Origin: Planctomycetota bacterium
GTDB taxonomy: Bacteria; Planctomycetota; Planctomycetia; Planctomycetales; Planctomycetaceae
NCBI GenBank assembly: GCA_963582345.1
Contig: CAUZSN010000002.1
Span: 206 to 64,205 of the forward strand
Direction of reading: 5' to 3'
DNA length: 64,000 nt
The notes under the pieces were generated by a model. The model was not told the origin of the DNA. It saw only the letters and a list, made by a program, of their open reading frames with translations, and searched no databases. Shown here one piece after another: positions 27,823 through 36,988 of the stretch (position 1 is its first letter; every line of letters starts with the position of its first letter). The position numbers were made by a program, and so were the translations under genes.

Positions 27823-29742
27823 ATGGCGACCGCGACGCGATCTGAATACCGAGCAAAAGACATCGAGGTTCTGGAAGGATTGGAAGCGGTACGGCGGCGT
27901 CCTTCGATGTACATCGGCGGAGTCGACTCGTGGGGACTCCATCATTTGCTTTGGGAAATCCTTGACAATTCTGTCGACGAGTTTCTGGCAAACGCGGCCG
28001 ATCGGGTCGTCGTGACGTTACACAAAGACGGCTGTTCAGTGACTGTCGCCGACAATGGACGCGGCATTCCTGTTGACAAGCACCCGAAGACAAAAAAATC
28101 AGCGTTACAGTTGATCTTTACAACGTTACATGCGGGTGGAAAATTTTCGAACAAGAACTACGCACGCAGTGGGGGCCTTCACGGTGTCGGCGCATCGGTC
28201 GTCAATGCGTTGTCGTCGGAGTTGGTGGCAACGGTGCATCGTGATGGATGCGAATGGATTCAGCGATACAAAGGTGGTAAACCGACGACGCCCGTGAAAA
28301 AGGTCAGACCTTTCCGAGGCCATGGGACGATTGTCTTCTTCCGCCCTGATGACACAATCTTTCGCCGTGTGAAGTTCAACGCAGACGTAATTTGCCAGCA
28401 TCTGGAGGACATCTCCTATATTCACGGCGGTTTGCGGATCACTTTCATCGACGAGGCGAAAGACGAAACAAAAGAGTTCCTGCACACCGAGGGGATCTCG
28501 GCCTATCTGAAAAAAATTACGACGGAAGGGAAAAAGAATCCGGTCCATCACAAAATTTTTTCGACGGAACGAGACGATGAGAAGATTCGGATCGAGATCG
28601 TCATGCATTGGACCGGCGCCACGGACGAGCAAATTCGCAGCTACGTAAACGGCATCCGCACCCATGCCGGTGGAACACACGAGACAGGTTTCCGGTCGGG
28701 GATTGCCAAAGCGATTAAGAACTATATGGACGTCCACGACATCAAACAAAAAGGAGTGACCATCACAGCGGACGATATTCGCGAAGGCGTCGTCGGGATT
28801 CTGTCTGTCTTTCACAACTCGCCAATGTTCCAGGGCCAGACGAAAGAAAAGTTAAACAATCCCGATATGAACAGTCAGGTGGAGAGCTTGGTCCGTCCCA
28901 GCTTAGAATCGTGGCTGAACGGTAATCCTTCCATCGCGGATGCCATTGTGGGCCGAATCGTGTTGGCAGCGCGAGCACGCATGGCCAGTCGCGACGCCGC
29001 AGGCGAAGTTCGTCGCAAAACGGCCACATCGCGAAAAACTAATTTGCCGGGAAAGCTCTTGGATTGCCGGACGAACAAGCCCGCGCAGTCGGAGTTATTC
29101 ATTGTCGAAGGACTCTCGGCCGGCGGCACCGCAGTCATGGGTCGTGACAGCCGAACTCAGGCCGTGCTGCCCTTGAAGGGCAAGATCTTGAATACCGAGT
29201 CACTTAGCTCGGCACGGATCATGGCTAACCAGGAAATCAATGACCTAGTCGAGGCTCTAGGTGCCGGCATCGGAAGCAATTTCGATATTCGAAAGCTGCG
29301 GTACGGTCGAGTGATTCTACTGATGGACGCCGATAGCGACGGATATCACATCAGCACGCTGCTACTAACATTTTTTTTCCGGCACATGCTGGAACTGATC
29401 CGTCAGGGAAAACTCTATTTGGCTCAACCGCCCTTGTACCGCATATCAGCCGGCAATAAGGCGTACTATGCCCACGACGACGTTCATAAGGAAGAGATCC
29501 TGGCATCGTTGCCCACGAACTATCATCCAGAAATCTCTCGGTTCAAGGGGCTGGGTGAGATGACCGCTGCCCAGTTGAAAGAAACGACGCTCGATCCCAA
29601 ACAGCGAACGCTATTGCGCGTAGACATCGAAAGCCAGCTAGAGGCTGATCGCACTTTCCAACAACTGTTGGGTAAAGATGCCAGCGAACGCTACCGGATC
29701 ATTATGGATGCTGCCGGCCTGATCGACGACCTGGACGTGTGA
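27823..29742 (+). CDS. type IIA DNA topoisomerase subunit B (GyrB/ParE family; ParE-like length)
   Basis: 639 aa with LEAVRRRPSMYIGG, ILDNSVDE, LPGKLLDC, EGLSAGG and the Toprim motif LMDADSDGYHI. The ATG lies 1 nt after the TAG of subunit A. Confidence 0.93.
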   Translation: MATATRSEYRAKDIEVLEGLEAVRRRPSMYIGGVDSWGLHHLLWEILDNSVDEFLANAADRVVVTLHKDGCSVTVADNGRGIPVDKHPKTKKSALQLIFTTLHAGGKFSNKNYARSGGLHGVGASVVNALSSELVATVHRDGCEWIQRYKGGKPTTPVKKVRPFRGHGTIVFFRPDDTIFRRVKFNADVICQHLEDISYIHGGLRITFIDEAKDETKEFLHTEGISAYLKKITTEGKKNPVHHKIFSTERDDEKIRIEIVMHWTGATDEQIRSYVNGIRTHAGGTHETGFRSGIAKAIKNYMDVHDIKQKGVTITADDIREGVVGILSVFHNSPMFQGQTKEKLNNPDMNSQVESLVRPSLESWLNGNPSIADAIVGRIVLAARARMASRDAAGEVRRKTATSRKTNLPGKLLDCRTNKPAQSELFIVEGLSAGGTAVMGRDSRTQAVLPLKGKILNTESLSSARIMANQEINDLVEALGAGIGSNFDIRKLRYGRVILLMDADSDGYHISTLLLTFFFRHMLELIRQGKLYLAQPPLYRISAGNKAYYAHDDVHKEEILASLPTNYHPEISRFKGLGEMTAAQLKETTLDPKQRTLLRVDIESQLEADRTFQQLLGKDASERYRIIMDAAGLIDDLDV

Positions 29743-29786
29743 ATTGCCGGATTAAATTGAGTTCGCGAGAAGTACTCAGCACACCC

Positions 29787-29978
29787 TCAGGTCATCTCCT
29801 TGTACGTGTCGTAGCCTAGGTACATGACAACGCCTGCACAGATTATGAATATAATGTCCATACCTGTGCTTCCGGAGAAAGGAAATGACTGAGTCACTAG
29901 ATCCGTAAGTGCGGCCAGGGCGACGAAGCCTGAGACGAACACCGAGCCCATGACCATCTTTTTCAATGCATTCGACAT
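29787..29978 (-). CDS. small two-helix membrane protein (63 aa)
   Basis: Only the last 63 codons of ORF 29787-30401 look coding: MSNALKKMVMGSVFVSGFVALAALTDLV...MDIIFIICAGVVMYLGY, i.e. two hydrophobic helices. Confidence 0.4.
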   Translation of the reverse strand: MSNALKKMVMGSVFVSGFVALAALTDLVTQSFPFSGSTGMDIIFIICAGVVMYLGYDTYKEMT

Positions 29979-30249
29979 TGCTGTGCCACCTGCGCTAAAT
30001 CGACTGTTACTGCGAGTATAGGTTGAACGTCCTATATTTTTCCAGTGGAGATATTGATTTTCGAGAAGGCTCAGCAAGATCGACCTGACTCGCTTACTTT
30101 GTGGTTGCCGTTCATTATCCGAACCACGCCGGACGATCAGATCAAACGGCACGATCGTGAGACTAGTTGCGGTTATGAGCGAAGTCAAGCAGCTTGGACG
30201 CCTCTTAGTAACAGCACATGACCTCAACAACGGTACGCCCCAGTCTTGA

Positions 30250-30483
30250 TTTGGAACACAGCACCGCCTTGTATTCAGGAATGCGGCCATTGCAATCTTA
30301 ATCGAGACGATAAAACGGCATACCAGCGCATCTACATCATGGCTATCAAAATCAGTACGGCTTGTTGCCGAAACAGTTTCCGGTCGCATCTCGCGAATCA
30401 TCTCGCTTCCGATCTACAGCATGATGACCGACGAGGACATTCACGACGTGGTCGATGCAGTCGTAGCGACACACTACTGTTAG
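30250..30483 (+). pseudogene. DegT/DnrJ/EryC1-type aminotransferase C-terminal relic
   Basis: An open frame without a start, ending ...LVAETVSGRISRIISLPIYSMMTDEDIHDVVDAVVATHYC*. This mimics the family C-terminus (aerlarevlSLPmhpxlTdEdvdxVieav). A further piece (FSRRLSKIDLTRLL) sits upstream in another frame. Confidence 0.4.
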
Positions 30484-30525
30484 TCACGATGTCTGGAACT
30501 TCTATTCGTCTTGAGATAATCCTTC

Positions 30526-30900
30526 TTAGTCATCGGCATTAGCACCGTCGGGACGGTCGATCGACACTATTCGGTATCCGTGGGTGCAACAGGATTTAGG
30601 TATCATAGGGTCTCGACGATCAGACACTCGGGCAATAATACGACGAAGTATCACAGAATTCCCTATCATTGGAAGATGTTCGGCAGCGGTCACTTCGGTT
30701 AGGCAACCATCTGGTTTAACCGTGACTAGCTGGCCCCCATTTTTCTCCAGAATTTTCTTGCTGTCTCATCTGGAAGAAAAAATTTCTAATCCACATCCGA
30801 GGAATTTGCGAGTCCGCGAAAAAATTCCGATTTTTCGGATACGGGCCACGTTTGGCGATCACGGGAATAACGAAAGTTATAGCGGTCTAGGAACAAATCG
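30526..30900 (-). pseudogene. sensor histidine kinase (HATPase_c) / receiver relic
   Basis: Reads GCGLEIFSSR* and then, after a frame change, KKILEKNGGQLVTVKPDGCLTEVTAAEHLP. This mimics the G2-box/C-terminus GxGLGLaIvkkIvEaHGGrIwVeSepGkGTtFtftLP. The following VILRRIIARVSD...GYRIVSIDRPDGANADD looks like the start of a receiver domain. Confidence 0.35.
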
Positions 30901-31033
30901 TCTCCGATTCTAGACAAGTTCTCGTCAACAGAAACACCTTCGTGGTCCGATTCGAATTAAGGAGTACGAGATCCGATGATGTTACTTTTTGAGGATCGTC
31001 ACCATTGTACGACTTGGCCAAGAGAGTTCTCTA

Positions 31034-32197
31034 ATGATAGCTGTCCCAAACGAAAAAAAATATTCGGTTGTTGGTAGCCCTGTTTCCATTCCAGCTAGCC
31101 CGAAACGGACACTCGTGTTTGTTGTGATTGCACTTGCGTGTAGTTTTTTCCTGACAGGCTGGATCGATGTTGCCGGGACGCAGAACCTAACAGGCCATCT
31201 TCGGGCTGAAAGCACAGTTGTTGTATCAAGCCACACCGCGCGTATTGAGAACTTGCTGGCGGAAACAGGCGAAACCCTGCCAGCTGGCCAACCGTTGGTC
31301 CAATTGATTGATGAACAACTCACAGAGGAGCTAACGCAGACACAGTGCAAAGTCGAAACGTTGACGGCGGAGTTGGAGCGCCTGCGGGCCAAGGCTCAGG
31401 TTGACTTGCGTTGGCGGATGAAGGAATTGGAAGCGGAAGAATTTAAGACTCGGTTGCACTCAGCCAAGTTGCTGAAAGAACAGTACACACACCGGCTTGA
31501 GGCAGTAGCGTGGCAGGATTTTGTCAACGATTTTGATGCTGCACTTCGCAACGAGTTGCCGAAAAACAACTTTAAATCGGTAGTCTATCAAAGCGGAATG
31601 ACCGGTGACGAGGCACAGATCAACGCGATCCTACGACAAGAAGCTGCTCAAAACGCTGCGGAAGTCAACGCGGCACAGATGGAAATGTGCGAACGGCGAC
31701 TGCAGGAACTCCAAGAACTCAAGACCAACCTACCGCAGACTGTGCGCCGTGCCGTCGGGATCGACGTTTCGGAGACGTGTCTGGCCCAATCGAAAGACAT
31801 CTTGAATCAATTGCAACAGCGCAAGCAGACGTCGACATTGTACACACCAGCCTATGGCACAATTGGCGTATTTCGCAAGAAGGTCGGCGATCGTATCACA
31901 GTTGGCGAACCGATCGTCGAGCTGCTCGATCGGGATCGGCCGTATCTGGTCGTCTTGGTTCCCAGTCGCTTGATAACACGATTTGAAGCGGGTGATGACG
32001 TGCAGTTGATGTTTCCGGGCAGCAAACATCGTCGGGGCTGTGTCCAGAGCGTACCGCCACAGACGTCGTCGGATTCCCGCCATATCGGAACATCGGTTGC
32101 AGGTGAGGCTGTCGTCGAAGTGCGTGTCGATCCGGTTGGCAAGCTGTGGCCGACCATTCCTATTGGATCGGCTATTGATATTTTGTTCGCCAAGTAA
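31034..32197 (+). CDS. HlyD-family membrane-fusion (periplasmic adaptor) protein
   Basis: Contains an N-terminal TM helix (TLVFVVIALACSFFLTGW), a long coiled-coil region (residues ~100-270, E/L/Q/A/R-rich) and a C-terminal beta-barrel motif YTPAYGTIGVFRKKVGDRITVGEPIVELLDRDRPYLVVLVP. Confidence 0.8.
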   Translation: MIAVPNEKKYSVVGSPVSIPASPKRTLVFVVIALACSFFLTGWIDVAGTQNLTGHLRAESTVVVSSHTARIENLLAETGETLPAGQPLVQLIDEQLTEELTQTQCKVETLTAELERLRAKAQVDLRWRMKELEAEEFKTRLHSAKLLKEQYTHRLEAVAWQDFVNDFDAALRNELPKNNFKSVVYQSGMTGDEAQINAILRQEAAQNAAEVNAAQMEMCERRLQELQELKTNLPQTVRRAVGIDVSETCLAQSKDILNQLQQRKQTSTLYTPAYGTIGVFRKKVGDRITVGEPIVELLDRDRPYLVVLVPSRLITRFEAGDDVQLMFPGSKHRRGCVQSVPPQTSSDSRHIGTSVAGEAVVEVRVDPVGKLWPTIPIGSAIDILFAK

Positions 32198-32236
32198 AGA
32201 CCGTAGTTGTGCCCGAGTCGTTTGCGATAGAAGGAT

Positions 32237-32623
32237 CTATTGTGACTTCGCCACAGACATGATTTCGTCGATAGAAATTGGCTCGCAAAGCTTGGATTCC
32301 ACATGCGACGAAAGCAACAATACCAACTTGCCGGCCTTGGTGACTTTCGCGTCAGGAAATCCGATCACGTTTCGGCCATCGTTTAACGTCACACAAACTT
32401 CGTCCGTTTCGTTGACGCCGCTTAGACCGTCGCAAACAAGTGCCGGAAACCGACTCCACGCCCACGTCCACAGTGTCGCATCCGGATCAACTCGGCCCGC
32501 AAGGTCGTTCCATTCCGCCTCGGCTTTCTTCAGATCACTCAGACAGGCTTTCTGACACCACGGCTTCAGCACGTGCTCGATCCATTCCTTACGTGATGCG
32601 GCTAATTCATTGAATAGGGTCAT
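32237..32623 (-). CDS. hypothetical protein (128 aa)
   Basis: A clean ORF, MTLFNELAASRKEWIEHVLKPWCQKACLSDLKKAEAEWNDLAGRVDPDATLWTWAWSRF.... Composition is protein-like and I recognise no motif. Confidence 0.55.
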   Translation of the reverse strand: MTLFNELAASRKEWIEHVLKPWCQKACLSDLKKAEAEWNDLAGRVDPDATLWTWAWSRFPALVCDGLSGVNETDEVCVTLNDGRNVIGFPDAKVTKAGKLVLLLSSHVESKLCEPISIDEIMSVAKSQ

Positions 32624-32858
32624 GGCACAACTCTTTGTCTAAGTTGAAACTCTTTTTCACACCCAAAGTAAAGTCAGATCACAGATCACGCAGATACGCA
32701 CAGAGTTCATGAAACGTTTGATTCTCGAACGAGTTCGACATGCGATTGTACGGAATCATCGCAGAATGGAGTATCTGTGTTGATCGGAATAATCAGCGGA
32801 CGCTACCAGCCGAGAACCATACTTGGTGACACAATGGAACTTGCTCTAGCCATACAGC

Positions 32859-32864
32859 TATAAT
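32859..32864 (+). promoter_or_regulatory. candidate -10 box (perfect TATAAT) upstream of 32929 gene
   Basis: TATAAT lies 64 nt upstream of ATG 32929. Only a weak -35 (TGGAAC, 18-nt spacer) is present, and planctomycete promoter rules are poorly defined. Confidence 0.3.
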
Positions 32865-32928
32865 GTGGAAAACTTGATAGCATTAGAAGTCACAACCCAC
32901 TCTAAGCCAGTTGTAGTCGCTGGAGGAA

Positions 32929-34239
32929 ATGATGGCAGGTAACCTGGTCAACATTGATTCGGTCAATTTTCGGCGAGTGTTTCCCTGGATCAATTTATTT
33001 CGATCCTTTGGAATTGCCATTGACCCTCAGAAGGTCCTGTTGGCCGCGTTTGCGCTGATCGCGATTTCGGGGGGAAATTGGATGTTCGCGAACTTGCCGT
33101 TTGCACCAGATCAGGCAGACGCACAACTTTGGCCTTGGGAAAGGGACTTGGGCTACGTCGAGTCGAATCACGTTTCTCACCAACCGATTCGGGAAGTGCG
33201 AGTCAATGATCCCTTCAGAACTCTTGTCGTCGTCTCAACAAATTGGCGAGTGGTCTTGAGCCCCGTCATGGCACTGATTAATCCTGGCGTGGTGCTATTA
33301 CAAACGGTGAGTGAATCGAACACAGAAGGAACGAAGACGTGGGCGGATGTCGCCTATGCCTGGACTCAACTGTTGTGGATCTTGTGCGTTTGGGCAGTCT
33401 TCGGCGGAGCGATTACGCGAATGGTGGCAGTACAGTTTGCTCGCGATGAAAAAGTGGGCCTATTGGCCGCATTGAAGTTTTCTGTCCAGAGGTTTCTGTC
33501 GTATCTCTTGGCTCCTCTTTTGCCAATTGCTGGCATCGGCTTCTTTTGGCTGTTGTGCGTCCTCGGAGGATGGATTGGACGCATACCCGCAATAGGCGAA
33601 GTGCTGATCGGATTGTTTTGGATTGTTCCGCTCTTCTGCGGATTGTTTATGGCGCTGATGTTGGTCGGCGTTGCGGCCGGTTGGCCGCTGATGTATGCCA
33701 CGATCAGTGCGGAAGCGAGTGACGGGTTTGATGGGCTGAGCCGCGCGTACTGTTATGTCTATGGTCGACCGTGGCACTATTTGTGGATGGTCATTGTCGC
33801 CATGGCGTTCGGTTCGGTCGTCATCTTCTTTGCTTGGTTAGTCACTTGGCTTCTCGTCTATTTGGGTGGTTGGAGCGTTGCGTCTGGTATGGGTCTGAAT
33901 AACGCCGTTGCCTTATTTCAGGCATCGGCCGGACTATTTGGAATAGATGTGTTGGGTGGAGGTACCGACGAAGAATATTTTTTGGGTTCGGTTGCGGTCG
34001 GTGCCTGGATGCGCCTTGTTGGGCTGGTCTTGGTCGGTTTTATATATTCCTATTTCTGGTCCGCCTTCACCATTATGTATTTCTTGCTTCGACGCAGTGA
34101 TGACGGCACTGAATTCGACCAGGTATACATTACGGAAGACGAGCAACGGAACGAGCTGCTGCCACTGGTTGGTGTCGCGGAATCGGATCAGTCCACTGAC
34201 GAAGCTGCGGTAACGTCGGATTCTCCAAGCACAGAGTAG
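32929..34239 (+). CDS. polytopic inner-membrane protein, unassigned family
   Basis: 436 aa with at least 8 long hydrophobic segments (e.g. LLWILCVWAVFGGAI, LLAPLLPIAGIGFFWLLCVLGGWIG, VLIGLFWIVPLFCGLFMALMLVGVAAGW) and an acidic, Ser/Thr-rich C-terminal tail. Confidence 0.75.
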   Translation: MMAGNLVNIDSVNFRRVFPWINLFRSFGIAIDPQKVLLAAFALIAISGGNWMFANLPFAPDQADAQLWPWERDLGYVESNHVSHQPIREVRVNDPFRTLVVVSTNWRVVLSPVMALINPGVVLLQTVSESNTEGTKTWADVAYAWTQLLWILCVWAVFGGAITRMVAVQFARDEKVGLLAALKFSVQRFLSYLLAPLLPIAGIGFFWLLCVLGGWIGRIPAIGEVLIGLFWIVPLFCGLFMALMLVGVAAGWPLMYATISAEASDGFDGLSRAYCYVYGRPWHYLWMVIVAMAFGSVVIFFAWLVTWLLVYLGGWSVASGMGLNNAVALFQASAGLFGIDVLGGGTDEEYFLGSVAVGAWMRLVGLVLVGFIYSYFWSAFTIMYFLLRRSDDGTEFDQVYITEDEQRNELLPLVGVAESDQSTDEAAVTSDSPSTE

Positions 34240-34348
34240 CCGCTGAGCGACTTCTGATGAGCAAGTCGATAAAACAACAGCTCTTGAACACAAGACGAAG
34301 CCTTGGCCCTGGGCAGTCAGCCTTCGATTGCGGACCCTCGTTCCCATC

Positions 34349-35476
34349 CTACCAGCGAAAGAGAGCGGTGCCCCAAGTTAGTCCGGCACCGAAGCCACAC
34401 ATGAGGATTGTGTCGCCGCGGTTGATGCGTCCGGCTTGGAACGCTTCGTCCAGGATGATTGGGATCGAGCCGCCTGAAGTGTTGCCGTACTTATCCAGGT
34501 TATTGATCACCTTTTCAGCGGGAATGCCCAGTTGCTCGACTGCGTTATCAATGATGCGGATGTTTGCTTGGTGGATGACGTACAGTGCCACGTCGTGCAC
34601 GCTCATGCCCGTCTTGTCAAGCATCAATTCGATTGTGTCAGTCAAAGCCCGCACGGCCCATTTGAAGACGTTGCGGCCGTCCATTTTCAGGAAGTGCAGG
34701 CCGGCCTCGAGGTCCTCGGGAGTTAGGGGACGCCGCGTTCCTCCGCTGGGGCACTCCAGTAACGGTCCGCCACTGCCGTCCGAACCCATTTGGTAGCAAA
34801 TCAGACCTTGGTGCGACTCACCACGGGCCAACAACACCGCCCCGGCTCCGTCACCGAATAAAGGTGCGATGCGTTGATCGTTTGGATCGACAATCCGGCT
34901 GTTACAGTCGCCGCCGATCACAAGTGCCAGTTTGCTGTTTCCAGTTGCGACGAATTGCGACCCAGTCACCAACGCGTACATGAAACCGGAACACGCTGCG
35001 TTCAAATCGACCGCAGGAGCGTCAAGTCCTAGTTGATCTTGAACCAGGCAGGCCGTCGATGGGCACTTTTGATCCGGAGTGAATGTTCCCACTAACACCA
35101 AGTCGATGTCCTGTGGATCGACGCGAGCTGCTCGGATTGCCTTCTTGGCCGCTTCGGTACACAAATCGCTCGTCGCCTGTTCTGGCAGTGCGTATCGTCG
35201 AGCGCGTATCCCCGTTCGCTGTTCAATCCAATCGGGGTCAAAGCCGCGTGTTTTCCGCAAGTCCTGATTCGTAACGACAACTTCCGGAACGTATGAACCG
35301 CAGGCCACGATCTGTACGCCCAAAAGCGAATTGCTCCGCCCGCCGGACGGAGCAATTGCACTCTTGCGATTATCCAGTTGTTTTTTTGCGACTCCAGCTG
35401 ACGATAGCGATTGTGGATCCGTTTCGGCAGACTCAATTCTACTGGGTTCAATGTGAAGGGACCTCTGATGCATCAA
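34349..35476 (-). CDS. fabH: 3-oxoacyl-ACP synthase III (FabH)
   Basis: Contains LNAACSGFMYAL (Cys), VIHQANIRII (His) and YGNTSGGSIP (Asn). A canonical-length protein would start at TTG 35323 (GGAG lies 10 nt upstream), so the 51-codon N-terminal extension is doubtful. Confidence 0.92.
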   Translation of the reverse strand: MMHQRSLHIEPSRIESAETDPQSLSSAGVAKKQLDNRKSAIAPSGGRSNSLLGVQIVACGSYVPEVVVTNQDLRKTRGFDPDWIEQRTGIRARRYALPEQATSDLCTEAAKKAIRAARVDPQDIDLVLVGTFTPDQKCPSTACLVQDQLGLDAPAVDLNAACSGFMYALVTGSQFVATGNSKLALVIGGDCNSRIVDPNDQRIAPLFGDGAGAVLLARGESHQGLICYQMGSDGSGGPLLECPSGGTRRPLTPEDLEAGLHFLKMDGRNVFKWAVRALTDTIELMLDKTGMSVHDVALYVIHQANIRIIDNAVEQLGIPAEKVINNLDKYGNTSGGSIPIILDEAFQAGRINRGDTILMCGFGAGLTWGTALFRW

Positions 35477-35754
35477 GCGACAATCCTGTATGCTGGGCAG
35501 TCGGGGTCGATGTGATTGTGAGCCATGAACGACGGGATTTTGTAACTACGACTATACTTCGTAGATCGCAAGCACTGCGGCTCATCCGGAGAGGTGTCAG
35601 AATACGCCTAAATCGCACGCAGTACACCTATCACTTGTAAATGGAAGCCGAAGTATAACTAGTTCGAACTTAAGAAACTAGCGATCTTTGTGACGATTTT
35701 GATCTTCCTCCGAATAGTCGATTTACTTGCTCATTCTGGTTGGGAAAATAGCCG

Positions 35755-36519
35755 ATGTGTCTGTTATCAATAGTTTATCGCATCATTCCAGAATGCCCGC
35801 TATTATTCTGGGTCAATCGGGACGAGCTGCTGTCGCGTCCTTCGGCGCCGCCGCGAATCGTTCACTGTCAAAATGACCGCATGGCATGGCTGGGCGGAAT
35901 TGATCTGAAAGCTGGCGGAACCTGGTTAGGCATCAACGAGCATGGCCTAGTTGTTGCAGTGACGAACCGGCCGAAAAGTGTTGTGTCGTCTGAACCTAAA
36001 TCACGCGGGCTGCTTTGCCGTGACTTGCTCGGGTTTGCGCGGCCTCAGGCCGCGCTGGACGAAGCGCAGGCGCAACTTCGAGAAACAGAATTCGACGGTT
36101 GCAACGTTGCGGTCCTATCTCGGGAATTTTCCGCTTTGATCGAAGCGAGTGACGATGTGAAGGTGGTCGATCTGCCTGCTGGGATTCACGCAGTAACCAA
36201 TGGCAACCTAAATGACAACAATGATGTAAGAATTCGACGTGTCCGAACAGAACTGGAGAAAACCAATGGTGTCGACAGTCTGAATGACTGGATTGATGCC
36301 GGCAGCAAAGTCTGTTGTTTGCATGGTAACGAAGATGACGCGGCCATCTGTCTCCACGGCGAGGATCCTCAAGGCCAAGCATGGGGGACTGTCTCGTCGA
36401 CCATCATCGCGTTGACCCACAAGGCCAGTCAGTCCGTGTACCGATATGCCCCGAAGCCACCGTGCGAGGCTCCTTATGATGACTATTCACCGCTCATCCG
36501 ACGGTTGTTGAACCGGTAA
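35755..36519 (+). CDS. NRDE-family (TANGO2-like, DUF833) protein
   Basis: Starts MCLLSIVYR... with the LLFWVNRDE motif that names the family. Confidence 0.8.
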   Translation: MCLLSIVYRIIPECPLLFWVNRDELLSRPSAPPRIVHCQNDRMAWLGGIDLKAGGTWLGINEHGLVVAVTNRPKSVVSSEPKSRGLLCRDLLGFARPQAALDEAQAQLRETEFDGCNVAVLSREFSALIEASDDVKVVDLPAGIHAVTNGNLNDNNDVRIRRVRTELEKTNGVDSLNDWIDAGSKVCCLHGNEDDAAICLHGEDPQGQAWGTVSSTIIALTHKASQSVYRYAPKPPCEAPYDDYSPLIRRLLNR

Positions 36520-36529
36520 ACTGAACGTC

Positions 36530-36988
36530 ATGCCTCATCACAGAATGCACTTGAAAGGCCCCTGGCAGTACGAATGGGTTACTTCGTTGAGCGTATCGAA
36601 TGTGGTCAAGTGTCTCGATGTTGGCGAAGGCAAGGTCATAATGCCGGCTAGTTGGCAGTCCATTTTCGGCAGTACCTCTGGTACAGTCCGGTTTTTCCGC
36701 CGCTTTGGCCAGCCCACGAATCTGGAATCGGAAGAGCGAGTTTTTATTGTGTTCGACGGTGTCGGCGGTTCAGCGCGCGTCGCGGTCAACGACCACATAT
36801 TGGGAACAATGTCGGATTCAGACCGTCCGATTGGTTTTGAAGTGACCAATCTGCTTCAGGCAAGCAACCAGTTAGTCGTGGAGCTGGACTTTGATGTCGA
36901 CCGAGCTGATGGCGCACCCGGTGGGCTATGGGCGCCTGTCGCGATCGAAATTCGTTCGGATATCACGCGTCGTCCGACTTCCGCGTAG
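36530..36988 (+). CDS. stand-alone galactose-binding-like domain protein (GH2 N-terminal sugar-binding-like)
   Basis: 152 aa. LKGPWQYEW...RVFIVFDGVGGSARVAVNDHILG...IGFEVTNLLQASNQLVVEL resembles the N-terminal jelly-roll of GH2 enzymes. It starts 10 nt after the NRDE gene. Confidence 0.55.
   Translation: MPHHRMHLKGPWQYEWVTSLSVSNVVKCLDVGEGKVIMPASWQSIFGSTSGTVRFFRRFGQPTNLESEERVFIVFDGVGGSARVAVNDHILGTMSDSDRPIGFEVTNLLQASNQLVVELDFDVDRADGAPGGLWAPVAIEIRSDITRRPTSA

Noticed and set aside
29979-30401. Upstream 141 codons of ORF 29787-30401
   Set aside because: Only the last 63 codons look like a membrane protein. The upstream part has odd composition and lies opposite the DegT relic.
35324-35476. 51-codon N-terminal extension of FabH
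   Set aside because: A TTG at 35323 preceded by GGAG gives a canonical FabH N-terminus (GVQIVACGSYVPE). The extension is low-complexity and probably not translated.
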